Below are positions 31,514-41,200 of a DNA stretch of 62,472 nt, one piece after another. Where the stretch lies: contig JASJAS010000008.1 of the NCBI GenBank assembly GCA_030066875.1, positions 1 to 62,472 on the forward strand, in the 5' to 3' direction. Both the position numbers and the translations under genes were made by a program. The number at the start of each line of letters is the position of its first letter. Position 1 is the stretch's first letter. Source of the DNA: Acidimicrobiia bacterium. Its GTDB lineage: Bacteria > Actinomycetota > Acidimicrobiia > Spongiisociales > UBA5794. The notes under the pieces are model-generated. The model saw nothing but the letters and a program-made list of their open reading frames with translations. It had not been told where the DNA came from and made no database searches.

Positions 31514-31601
31514 GTCGGAGTGGCGGAATTGGTAGACGCGCTAGGTTGAGGGCCTAGTGGGACATTGTCCCGTGGAGGTTCGAGTCCTCTCTCCGACACC
31601 A
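31514..31601 (+). tRNA. tRNA-Leu(GAG), CCA encoded
   Basis: Acceptor GTCGGAG/CTCCGAC, D-loop TTGGTA, anticodon arm CTAGG-TTGAGGG-CCTAG, long variable arm GGGACATTGTCCC, GTTCGAG T-loop, ACCA end. Confidence 0.97.
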
Positions 31602-31604
31602 ATG

Positions 31605-31633
31605 AACCCGGGGGTCTTCACCGCTCCCGGGTT
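31605..31633 (+). terminator. Hairpin after tRNA-Leu
   Basis: AACCCGGG...CCCGGGTT followed by T-rich sequence. Confidence 0.55.
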
Positions 31634-31894
31634 TGTCACGTCTAGCGCACGAACTGTGGATTGCAACCCGTTTACAGCCCGAATAGGGGCAACAAGCGTT
31701 TGATGGCTCGTCATTTGCCGAACACTTCGGCGACGGTTTCGGCTGCAGCACGGTCCATGCCGTCAACGAGATGCGAGCATCGATCGAGCGTTCTCCGACG
31801 CACCATAAGCATTTCCGAGCAGTCGCAAGGACCAGAAGCCAATCGACTGATTCGCACGCATGGGGCCGGCTAGCGACCGGTAGGAAAGGGTGCC

Positions 31895-32494
31895 TCATTC
31901 AGAGAATCCGAAGCCGCAGTGAGGGATGGCGTACTCGTCGATTGTGATGAGGCCACGGACCGCAGCAGCCGACGCCTCATCATTCATTCTTACCCGGTCG
32001 TCAAGCAGAGTCCCGATCTTTGCAACGTCCGCCACGCTTTGCACATCGGCGAGAATCACGGTTGTGTAGGCAAGCACAAGAAAGCTGAAGTCACGCACTG
32101 CCTGGACAGCGTTCGCAAGCTCGTCGTCGGAGGCCGATCGCATCGCCCGGTCGTAGGCGGCTATCAGATCCGGCAACAGCGCCTCCAGATGGTTGGCTAC
32201 GTCGTGGACCTCATCCAGGAACCGTTCCTCATCGATGGATCCGGTATCAACTGCATCCAGAGCCACACGCAGCACGACATTGGTCGACAGCGTGAACTCG
32301 GTGGACAAGCGACGGACTGTGGCGAGAGACTCACAGAAGGCGCTGTCAGCGGCACTGCGCGACTCAGATTCGGCTTCCGTAGTAGTCGGTTCCGAAGACC
32401 CCGGTGCGCTAGTAGTCGATGTCGAATCAGTCGACGATGTACACCCCGCAACGAGAGCTGCAGCGACAACGATTGCCAAGACCGTGCGTTCCAT
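31895..32494 (-). CDS. Hypothetical lipoprotein (199 aa)
   Basis: MERTVLAIVVAAALVAG|C lipobox, Ser/Thr linker, helical body with FC...C pair; GGAG RBS at ATG 32494. Confidence 0.75.
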   Translation of the reverse strand: MERTVLAIVVAAALVAGCTSSTDSTSTTSAPGSSEPTTTEAESESRSAADSAFCESLATVRRLSTEFTLSTNVVLRVALDAVDTGSIDEERFLDEVHDVANHLEALLPDLIAAYDRAMRSASDDELANAVQAVRDFSFLVLAYTTVILADVQSVADVAKIGTLLDDRVRMNDEASAAAVRGLITIDEYAIPHCGFGFSE

Positions 32495-32689
32495 GGTGTA
32501 CTCCAACGCCCGTAGGCCCTTCCACCCGCCCGGTACGCTCAGCATCTCACCACCCGTTTTGCTGGTCAACATCCACCACGCTCACATCGGCACTTCGGCG
32601 CGGTCGCTTCTCGATAGCCGAGCAGAGCAATCGGCGGCCGCATCATCACGGCATCACTGCAACCCGATTGCAATCCAACACGCTCCGAC

Positions 32690-32777
32690 GGGACGGGACT
32701 GGTTTGGATGAAGCGTCCCAGGTTTAGGTCCGGGTGGGCGAAGGTTCGTGGGGGTTCGAGTCCTCTCTCCGACACCA
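32690..32777 (+). pseudogene. Degenerate tRNA-Leu(TAG)-like copy (attR remnant)
   Basis: Aligns with the upstream tRNA from the D-loop onward (TTGG, CCAGG-TTTAGGT-CCGGG, GGGC-GAAG-GTTC variable arm, T-arm, CTCCGACACCA), but the 5' acceptor strand does not pair. Confidence 0.6.
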
Positions 32778-32808
32778 ATGCCGGGAGATATCACGACCTC
32801 CGGTTTCT

Positions 32809-33192
32809 CTATGTCTCGTTGTCGTGGCCGATGAGCGCGGAACCGCCACCATTGTCGATAGTGAACTTCCACGACCCATCGCTCTGTCGACGCAGCACCT
32901 CTGCGCTCGCCCCCTCGGCAACTCGGCCGTCGGGCAACGTCATCGTCCACGCCCAATGGACCAGCGCGAGGTCACCAGCCTCGAACGCCACCGACTCGTT
33001 CATGACAATGGATGCACCGGTCGAGAGATACCCGGCGACTACCTCGCCGATCGCATCCAGGCCTTCGTGGGCTCCCTGGGCGGTGACAAACACGGCGCCA
33101 TCCTCGTAGAGGTCAATCACCCCGTCGAGGTCGCCAGCGGCGAACCGTTCTTCGAAGAGCTTGCCTGCCTGCTGCGGATGAATCGCACCCAT
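32809..33192 (-). CDS. NTF2-like / SnoaL (YybH/DUF4440-type) protein
   Basis: FAAGDLDGVIDLYEDGAV, GDLALV, SAEVLRRQSDGSWKFTIDN; TATAGT -10 and GGGAG RBS. Confidence 0.85.
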   Translation of the reverse strand: MGAIHPQQAGKLFEERFAAGDLDGVIDLYEDGAVFVTAQGAHEGLDAIGEVVAGYLSTGASIVMNESVAFEAGDLALVHWAWTMTLPDGRVAEGASAEVLRRQSDGSWKFTIDNGGGSALIGHDNET

Positions 33193-33265
33193 GAAAGATC
33201 TCCCGGTACGGTGTCCTCGACTATACGCAACGGACGTTTGCGCGGGCCGAAGCCTGAGCCGGACC

Positions 33266-33730
33266 CTACGCTCCGAACTCGGCGCCGAGACCCTTGACGA
33301 GGAAGAAGCGCTGATGCCCCGGCGGGTAGTCGTCCAGCGTTGCGAACACCTCGTAGCCGTGGCGCTCGTAGAACGGCTTGGCTTGAAACGCGAAGGTGTC
33401 AAGGTGTGCCCGTGTGCATCCGCGCGCCGCCGCGGCCACCTCGATTTCCTCGAGGAGCCGGGAGCCCAGGCCCTTGCCTCGTTGCTCAGCTGCCACCCAG
33501 AGCAGGGAGATCTGGAGCCACGTCCAATTGACGAAGCCGTAGGCGCCACCGACCAAATCCCCGTCCTTCCCGCGCGCGAAGACCGCGAGGGGGCGAAAGC
33601 CGAGGGTACCGACAATCGCCCCCGAGTGCTCGTTCAGCCCCACCGCGAGCGCCTCGACGTCCGCCGGGTCCGGCTCGGTCTCGATTGAAACAGCGAGTTG
33701 CGGCAGCTGAGGTTCTCCGGGCCCTGACAC
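33266..33730 (-). CDS. GNAT family N-acetyltransferase
   Basis: LWVAAEQRGKGLGSRLL acetyl-CoA motif, LDTFAFQAKPFYERHGY. Confidence 0.92.
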   Translation of the reverse strand: MSGPGEPQLPQLAVSIETEPDPADVEALAVGLNEHSGAIVGTLGFRPLAVFARGKDGDLVGGAYGFVNWTWLQISLLWVAAEQRGKGLGSRLLEEIEVAAAARGCTRAHLDTFAFQAKPFYERHGYEVFATLDDYPPGHQRFFLVKGLGAEFGA

Positions 33731-33981
33731 GAGCGCAGTCTACCTACGGTCCGCGCCCATGCCCCGCCGGCACCATGAGGCAGGCTCACTGAATGCCGCT
33801 GGGCTCAGTACGCGTTCGTGCGCATCCCGTGGCGCAACGTCATCCACAGGATCTCGAGGTGGTATTGGGGCCCTCTTCTTGATCGAGGTGTTTCGGCGCC
33901 ACCCGTGCACCCGCACCCAGCTGGTGATGCCCGACTTGGCGCTGCAAGGCATCAGTCAACCCTGATCCGGTCGACTTCAGC

Positions 33982-34791
33982 TCAAACCAACTCGAGCTGG
34001 CGTTCACCACGGGGTTGCTCGTCGGCCGGCGGGGGCCGTTGGCGGTCCTGGTGGGGCCGGCCCGGATTCCCGGTGAGCACCATGACGCCGACACGTGCGA
34101 TCCGCCAGGCCACGATGGTGGTCGCCAATGCTGCCAACGCAAACAGGAACACAACAACAGCGCCTCGCGCGGAACGGCCGATGGAGCCGAGGGCCCCGTC
34201 GAGCGTCGCAGAGATTTCGTCGCCCACGTCACCGACGGCGTCTGTCAGGCTCGCCTCGATGTCCATGTTGAGGAGTGCATCGATCTGGCCCGCGGTGCCG
34301 GAGGTCGCATCCACGCCGGGTATGGCGACCTCGCCGGCGAGGGTGTTGGTGGCACCATCGGCATCTTCCACCGTCAGTGTCACGATGTAGCTGCCGTAGT
34401 TGTCATAGTCGTGGACGACGGACTCGCCATCAAGCGAGGTGCCGTCTCCGAAGTCCCATCGCCACGCGACGAGGTCGGCCTGGCCTGGTGTCGATGTCGA
34501 TTCGAGTCGAATTCGATACACCGGCGGGCTGACAGACTCGACGACGATTGCCTCCCAACGGAATCGTGCGAGTGGCCCGGGCCGGACGACGTTGTCGTCG
34601 GCTACGGTCGCGACCACCGGGCCTTGGTTTTCTGTGGTGGGGAACCATCGGTCATACGTCGTCACCGGGTCACGCAGGATTGGAAACAGCGTGTAGAAGA
34701 CGATCATGAAGAGGGCGAGGCCGATGAGAACCAGCGCGCTCCCCAGCACGGTGGCCCACTCGGGTCGGCGATAGACGAAGCGATCGATCAC
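33982..34791 (-). CDS. PKD-domain membrane protein (TM-PKD-TM)
   Basis: AWRWDFGDGTSLDGESVVHDYDNYGSYIVTLTVED PKD signature, flanked by hydrophobic helices. Confidence 0.8.
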   Translation of the reverse strand: MIDRFVYRRPEWATVLGSALVLIGLALFMIVFYTLFPILRDPVTTYDRWFPTTENQGPVVATVADDNVVRPGPLARFRWEAIVVESVSPPVYRIRLESTSTPGQADLVAWRWDFGDGTSLDGESVVHDYDNYGSYIVTLTVEDADGATNTLAGEVAIPGVDATSGTAGQIDALLNMDIEASLTDAVGDVGDEISATLDGALGSIGRSARGAVVVFLFALAALATTIVAWRIARVGVMVLTGNPGRPHQDRQRPPPADEQPRGERQLELV

Positions 34792-35010
34792 GATCTATCC
34801 GTCGGCGAGTGGACCCCGCGTGTTAGGGGCGGTGGCCCGCGCCGACACCGCTGGAAGCGTCGCCCAAGCGCACCGTTGTGGAAGCAGCGAGATTGACGTG
34901 ACCACGCCCTGAGTCGGCTTGTTTGCGGTCACCCGGCTACATAGCAACCGCAGCCCGATCGCGGCGACCAGGGTCGGCCACACGTAAGGCGACAGCCCTA
35001 GGTGGCTCGA

Positions 35011-35285
35011 TCAGGACGACCGAAAGTAGACAGAAACCGGCTCGCCATGACGCTGCGGCTTGTTCGCTGGCTCACCCTCCGCCTGCACCTGAGGAAGCAC
35101 CCGTTCCATGTAGAAGTCCGATATCGCCCCGGGTGTGTCCCATACATTGACGGTCGTGATCATCCCGTTGCCAGCATTCCATGCGATGGAAGCCACCAGC
35201 GCACCAGGCGGTTCGGCGTGCATGGCCACTTGTCGTTCCACAGGTGCCAATCATTGCTCGGCTGCGTGATGGTCTCAACGAACAT
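35011..35285 (-). pseudogene. Small hypothetical gene split by an apparent 1 nt deletion
   Basis: Frame A, MFVETITQPSNDWHLWNDK, continues in frame B as (L)AMHAEPPGALVASIAW...NVWDTPGAISDFYMERVLP; the junction AAG TG GCC needs one extra base. Confidence 0.5.
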
Positions 35286-35353
35286 AGATCGACTCTACCT
35301 GCCACGTAGCTCTCACCGCAGGTTGCCTAGATCGACGATGCCCTTGGCATGGT

Positions 35354-35992
35354 TCACTTGAACGCCAGCTTCATCACGATGCTCGATGCGCTCGCTAGCG
35401 CACAGCCGCCGAGAACACCCACTACAGGCACGAACCACAACGGGGTGACCCGCGCCCTCGGGAGCACGTCATCCCAGGAGCCCTTCGCCTCGAACGCCGA
35501 GTGCGACTGGGGTACACAACCATCCGTCGGGGCGAAGCGCACGGCTAACGTGACCATTCCGCCTCCCGTCCGCATGCCATAGCAGGTTCCGGCTGCCGTT
35601 GGTTGAGAGTGGGTCAACACCCAGGTTGTTCGCCCGCCGACCGTGAAGTCGTACAGTCGCACACCATCAGGGATGGCAGCGTCTTCGATCGAAATGTCAC
35701 CTTGCCACACAGATTCGAGCACATCTTGCAGACGATCTGCTTCGGATCGCGCCTCCGGGTAGTCAGTTGTCTCCACTTCTGCGTAAGGCCAAAGAGGGAA
35801 CATGACAGCGACCACGATGGCAAGGAGTGCCACTTCGCGCACGATGCGCGGCTTTGGCTCAGGAGCATCCGTAGAAGCAGCTAGGGATCGAAGTCGGCGG
35901 GCGCGATGTTCAACTGAGAACTGGCTCAGGTTCTCATCGCGAGACCCGCTCTCCGACCGATCCCGCGCACTGCTTGCGGCTTCCTCCTCCAT
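35354..35992 (-). CDS. Hypothetical membrane protein with an extracytoplasmic loop
   Basis: Two TM segments flanking a domain with a Cys pair (GTCYG, DGCV); start set at ATG 35992. Confidence 0.6.
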   Translation of the reverse strand: MEEEAASSARDRSESGSRDENLSQFSVEHRARRLRSLAASTDAPEPKPRIVREVALLAIVVAVMFPLWPYAEVETTDYPEARSEADRLQDVLESVWQGDISIEDAAIPDGVRLYDFTVGGRTTWVLTHSQPTAAGTCYGMRTGGGMVTLAVRFAPTDGCVPQSHSAFEAKGSWDDVLPRARVTPLWFVPVVGVLGGCALASASSIVMKLAFK

Positions 35993-36212
35993 ACCTCTCT
36001 GCCCGAGCGTCTGTCCGATTCTCCGAGGCTTGACCGTCAAGAGCAACTCAGTGCACGCGGGTCATCGTTGCAGGGATCGGAAACGAGGCTCAATCTGTCG
36101 TTCGTCTCCAAGCCTATCCGAACCGTCCAAATGGGCGCGTTCCTCCACCGATGAGTGCTGCGGGGTATTGCTGTGTGTAGCGTTGATGTGCAGCTAGAGA
36201 GGAGAATGCCGG

Positions 36213-36860
36213 TTGAGCATTCTTCGGTATCCGTTCGATCGGTACGTGTTGTGCATCTTCGGAGTTGCAAGCCTTATCAGCGCGTGCACCCCCACGGAAG
36301 TTGAGAGCTCGCCAGCTGAGGCTTCCAGAGCGCCGTCGACCGTCGTTTCGGTGGCGCCGCCCCGAGCAGCATCAAGCCCCGCCACAACGGACGCGATCTA
36401 CTCGATAGCGGCCCATGGCGTAATCCCGGGCCCCCTGCCCGGCAGTGGCGAGTATCTCGGATCGGGATGCACCCCGGCGTCCGACGCCTTGCCGGATGGA
36501 ATCTGGTTTGGCTTGGTACGGGGCGCAGGTGAGGGCGCGATTGGACTCGATCTCGCCTGTTTCAGATGGATCGACGATCCGGCTGATGCGATCGAACCCG
36601 GGGGCTGGGGGGTCGATAACAGCGGTCCCGAGGTGTGGAGTGTGCCGGTCGCTTCAGGGACTGCGGTGACCTGCCAGCCATCGGATTGCCCGCAGCCCTA
36701 TATGGCGTATGCGGCCTGGGCTCAACTCACTCGTGACTATCTCGACGCCCATCCCGAAGCCGCAATGTGGATCGAAGGCAACGACTTCGGCATCATGGTC
36801 TGGCTGTACGTGAACGGCGGCAGAACCACGGAGATAGTTGAGCCCGTTCTCGGTGGCTGA
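36213..36860 (+). CDS. Hypothetical lipoprotein
   Basis: LISA|C lipobox, Ser/Pro linker, Cys-containing domain (GSGCTP, DLACF, TCQPSDC); GGAG RBS before TTG. Confidence 0.65.
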   Translation: MSILRYPFDRYVLCIFGVASLISACTPTEVESSPAEASRAPSTVVSVAPPRAASSPATTDAIYSIAAHGVIPGPLPGSGEYLGSGCTPASDALPDGIWFGLVRGAGEGAIGLDLACFRWIDDPADAIEPGGWGVDNSGPEVWSVPVASGTAVTCQPSDCPQPYMAYAAWAQLTRDYLDAHPEAAMWIEGNDFGIMVWLYVNGGRTTEIVEPVLGG

Positions 36861-36882
36861 GAATCGAGGCAGTGTGTCGCGC

Positions 36883-37266
36883 TCAGCCTTCGTCGAGGTG
36901 TTTCTGGGCGGTGTCGGGGTCGTCGACTGCGAGAGCGAAGCGGAGCCCCTCTGAACTGGAATGGACCAGATACATCGCATCGATGTTCACGCCGGTCGCT
37001 GCCAGAGCTTCGGCCATCTGTGCGAGCGCACCCGGATGATCGTGAAGAGTTGCCGAGACGATGCGACGCTCCTCGAACGGCACGCCCGCGTTCTTGAGCA
37101 CGATGCGCGCGGTGTCGTCGTTGTCGACGACGAGCTTCACATACGCTTCAGGACCCGTCGAGAAGGCGGCCAACGTTTCTATGTTGACACCGGCGGATCC
37201 CAGTTCACGCGCCAAGGTGGCGAGCTGTCCGGGGCGGTTGACCATGTTGACTGAGAATTCGATCAT
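36883..37266 (-). CDS. Stand-alone tandem ACT domain protein
   Basis: Two ACT repeats: NRPGQLATLARELGSAGVNI and DHPGALAQMAEALAATGVNI; leaderless-type TAACCT-N6-ATG. Confidence 0.9.
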   Translation of the reverse strand: MIEFSVNMVNRPGQLATLARELGSAGVNIETLAAFSTGPEAYVKLVVDNDDTARIVLKNAGVPFEERRIVSATLHDHPGALAQMAEALAATGVNIDAMYLVHSSSEGLRFALAVDDPDTAQKHLDEG

Positions 37267-37375
37267 GCCTGAAGGTTACGCCTGCGACGGTGACGCGTCG
37301 AGTCGAAATCGCGCGGCGGGATCGTCGACGAGGGTCAACCCGACATTGGACGCCCGAGGAACCACAGGAGACCCC

Positions 37376-37425
37376 GTTGAGTCTCGTGCAAGGAACCGTT
37401 GAGCGGACCGTCTCATGGTGTTGAG
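37376..37425. promoter_or_regulatory. Three GTTGAG direct repeats at 22 bp spacing (candidate SARP operator)
   Basis: GTTGAG starts at 37376, 37398 and 37420 in the divergent ACT/SGNH intergenic region. Confidence 0.6.
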
Positions 37426-37442
37426 CAGCATGAGAGGAGAGT

Positions 37443-38180
37443 GTGATGCTCGTGTCTGCAAGCCGACGCAAGGCGGTTGCCCGCGTGGTTTCTGCCCTGG
37501 TGCTCTTGGGCGCGATCTCGTCGTGCAACGGCGATACCGGCCCGATCGCAATCATGCCGATCGGGGACTCGATTACCCATGGTGAGGCGGGCACGCCGTC
37601 CTACCGCTGCTATCTCGACCAGATGCTCACCGAGGCAGGAGTCGCTTTCGACTTAGTCGGCACTCAGTCCATGCCATATTGGGGAACCAGCTACAGGTGT
37701 CCCACGACGTTCGATCAGGACCACGAGGGCTACACAGGCGCCCGCATCCAGGATGTCGTCGAAGACGTCACTGCCAGCGTGGCAGCTCTGCAGCCCGATG
37801 TAGCGCTGATCCACCTCGGAACCAACGATCTAGGAGGGCGGACCGAACCTCTCGAGGACGCCGCCACCCTGGAATCGTTCATCACGGGACTGCAAGCGGT
37901 CAACCCCGACATGGCGATCTTGGTGGCGAAGATCATTCCCTGCAATCCAGGACCTGTCGCCGAGTACGGTTCCGCCTGCACCGCTGAGGTACCGGCATTC
38001 AACGAGCTACTGGATTCGTTCGGACGGCTGTCAACCGCCGACTCGTCGGTGATCGTGGTCGACATGGAGACCGGCTTCGGTTACGACCTGCTCCGCGATA
38101 AGTGGCATCCAACGGACGACGGTGACGAACTGATGGCCACCCGTTGGATGACAGCCCTCAAAGACGAGGGACTCATCTAG
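37443..38180 (+). CDS. SGNH/GDSL hydrolase-family lipoprotein
   Basis: IMPIGDSIT block I, HEGYTG, HLGTND block III, DKWHP block V; ISSC lipobox. Confidence 0.9.
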   Translation: MMLVSASRRKAVARVVSALVLLGAISSCNGDTGPIAIMPIGDSITHGEAGTPSYRCYLDQMLTEAGVAFDLVGTQSMPYWGTSYRCPTTFDQDHEGYTGARIQDVVEDVTASVAALQPDVALIHLGTNDLGGRTEPLEDAATLESFITGLQAVNPDMAILVAKIIPCNPGPVAEYGSACTAEVPAFNELLDSFGRLSTADSSVIVVDMETGFGYDLLRDKWHPTDDGDELMATRWMTALKDEGLI

Positions 38181-38246
38181 CGGCCGGGATCACCCGGGCG
38201 CGGCCAACGGCGTGTAGGTTGGAGCCAGCTTGCGGGGAGGGCTCCG

Positions 38247-41200
38247 ATGCAGAACGGCAGACAAACGCGCGCCTCCGAGCGGCGCGTTGTCACCGCGTTG
38301 TTCTGTGACGTCGTCGGTTCGACCTCCCTTGCGGAGACAATGGATCCGGAGGATTGGGCGGAGATCGTCAACGAAGTCGTCGCCGGTATGGTGGTCTGCA
38401 TTGAGCGCTACGGCGGCACGGTGGCGCAGTTCGCGGGAGACTCGATACTTGCCATCTTCGGCGCTCCCGCCGCGCATGAAGACGATCCGTATCGGGCGGT
38501 GCGTGCCGGGCTCGACATCATCGCCAACGTTGGCCGGGGCTCGGACTATGCCGTTGACATAAGCGTGCGCGCCGGAATCCACACTGGGCTGGTGGTTGTC
38601 GGCGATCTGACCGCCGGCGATCTCAACGTCTATGCAGCCTTGGGTGACACCACGAATGTGGCCGCCCGGATCCAGGCCCTGGCGGAGCCCGGTAGCCTGC
38701 TCGTCTCCGAAGACACGCACCGGCTCGTAGCGAACGACGTGGTGGTCCGGGAGTTGGGCCCGGTCGAAATGAAGGGCAAGAAGGAGCCGGTCGCGGTCTT
38801 TGAGATCAGGGACGCTCGTGACGTCAGTTCGCGCCGACGGGGGATCCCAGGCTTCGAGAGCCCGATGGTGGGCCGGGCCGCCGAGCTGGCACAACTTGTC
38901 GAGATGGTGGGTTACTCCCAAGCAGGATCCGGTCGCGTCGGCGTCATCGTCGGTGATCCAGGCGTCGGCAAGAGCCGGTTGGTCGCCGAACTGCACGACG
39001 TGGTTGTCGGGATTGGCGGGGCGCGCTGGGTGTTGGGCCGCTGTGCGGCCTACGACCAGCACCGGCCGTACCACCTTGCTGCATCCATCGTGCTGGCCCT
39101 CGCCGGAGTGACCGAGAGCGACGATCCCGAGGTCATCAGCAAGGCTCTCGAGGATATTGCCCAGCCCGCCTTCGGCGAAGACAGCGCATCGTTGGGGCAT
39201 TTGCTGCAGCTGCTCGGGCTTGCCGATGGGCATCCGGACGACGACCCGGACGTGCTCCACAAGCAGTACGACCAAGCCCTCTTCCACCTGCTTTCGGCAA
39301 CTGCAGCAGTCAGTAACCCTCTGGTTCTCGTTTGTGAGGATGTCCATTGGGCCGACGCATCCTCGGCCGAGCTGCTGGCAGGGCTTCTCGAGAGGATTCG
39401 GCAGACGACAACGACTCTCATCATCGTGACCCGCCCAGAGCGTCAGTCGCATGGCTGGGAGATGGTGGTCACCCGTGCCGAGCGTGAGCTCGGCGAAGCG
39501 TTCGTGGAAAGCAAACTGCAGCCCCTCGACGATAGGGAGAGTCGGCAACTCGTTGCCAACCTTCTCGAGATCGAATCCCTACCCGCCGACGTGCGCGCTC
39601 TAGTCCTCAGCCGCACCGAAGGCAATCCGTTCTTCATCGAGGAAGTTGTTCGGATGCTGGTCGACCGCGGGCTGATCGAGAAACAGGGGGACCGCTGGGT
39701 CGCAAGCGCGGAGATCAGCACGCTCGATGTGCCGGAGACCCTCCACGGTCTGCTGGCCTCTCGAATCGACTCCCTGCCCGCAGAAGTGCGTCGCGTCGCG
39801 CGCATTGCCGCCGTGATCGGCCGTCGCTTCGAAGCTCGATTGCTGAATGCAGTTCTATCAAAGACTGGTGAGGATCCGGTCCCGGCGGAGCTCAACACGC
39901 TCGAGGCGCGCGGTGTGGTGAAGCTGGTCGCGGTGCAGCCCGAGTTGGCCTTCAGCTTCCGTCATGCCCTCATCCACGATGTCGCCTACGAATCAATCCT
40001 GAGGAAGGAGCGACGCAGTCTTCATGCCCAGGTGGGTGCGGCCCTGGCCGTGCTCTACAACGATCGTTTGGAGGAGCATGCCCCAACCCTGGCTCGCCAC
40101 TACGAGGAGGCAGGAGACCATGATGAGGCTGTTCGCTACCTGGTCATGGCCGGAGGGACGGCCCGGGCCCGACATGCGATGCCGGAGAGCCATCGGTTCT
40201 ACAGCCGGGCGTTGGAGCTGATCGAAACCGATCCTGACAGCCCTGCCGGCCAACGAATCGACGTAGCGTTGTCCATGGCAGCGGCCGGGATGAGGTTCGT
40301 TCCGGGCCTCGAAACCCTGGCCGCGCTTGATGCCGTGCGCGCCGAGGCAGAACAGATCGGTGACCCGGACGTCCTAGCTCGGGTCTATGCACTATCGCTC
40401 GAGGTGCGGGCGATGATGGAGGAAAGTTATGCAGACCCCGGGTTCCGGGAAACGATGGACCGCGCCTACGCCCTCGCGCCGCGTGTCCATCAGCCTGATC
40501 TCAGGGCCTTTCTCGAAGGAATGATGGGCCAGGCGCTGCGTAGTGCTGACGAGTATGCGAAGGCTGCCCAGTTGGTGGGAGGCTCCGTCGGTCCTCTCGA
40601 GGAGGCCGGGCGAGTCGGCGAGGCGGGTTTCAATGCCGCTCTCACGGCCGACGTTGAAGCATCGCGCGGTCGATTCGCAGAGGCCGATCGATGGATCAGG
40701 CATGCTTGCGAATTGGCCGAGGAGAGCGGCAACCCAAACGTCATCGCCGATGTCGAGCTGATGCGAGGTCGGATCGCTGCGGCTCGAGGGGAGTTGGAGA
40801 CGGCGCTTGCCCACACCCAACTAGGAACGGAGACTGCAGAAGGTGCCGGCAATATCGAATGCACCCTCGTCGGCAACTTCCTGATTGCCGACCAGCATCT
40901 GCGGAGCGGCGACGCTGCTGCGGCGATTCCGTATCTCGAGCGTACCTTTGAGCTCGGGGAGTACTGCAACGCCGAAGCCATGGTGGGGCTGGGACAGGCA
41001 TGGCTCGCCACGGCGAAAGCGCGCCTCGGTGAGCTCAATGCGGACGATTATTCGCGGCCTCTCGAGATGGCTCAGGCCGGCGGTAGCCGGAGCGGCGAAG
41101 CCGCAGTGCGCTTGCAGCGCGCGATCGCCGTTGCCGGTGAGCCGAGTTCGAGCTGGAAGCAGGTGGTGGCTGATTTCGAACGGGCCATCGAGTTGTTCGA

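Larger units (their letters stand above)
31571..32780. mobile_element. Integrase-less tRNA-Leu-anchored island relic bounded by att-like direct repeats
   Basis: CGTGG(A/G)GGTTCGAGTCCTCTCTCCGACACCAATG at 31571-31604 and 32747-32780 (34 nt, 1 mismatch); encloses a single lipoprotein gene. Confidence 0.75.

Noticed and set aside
31554-32956. Two ORFs sharing WCRREDSN, suggesting a repeated peptide
   Set aside because: Reverse-complement translation of the tRNA 3' end and its duplicate
33731-33981. 250 nt spacer with several short ORFs
   Set aside because: No RBS, motif or consistent frame; could be a gene remnant but cannot be supported
38190-39548. 452 aa minus-strand ORF
   Set aside because: Antisense to the cyclase-STAND gene
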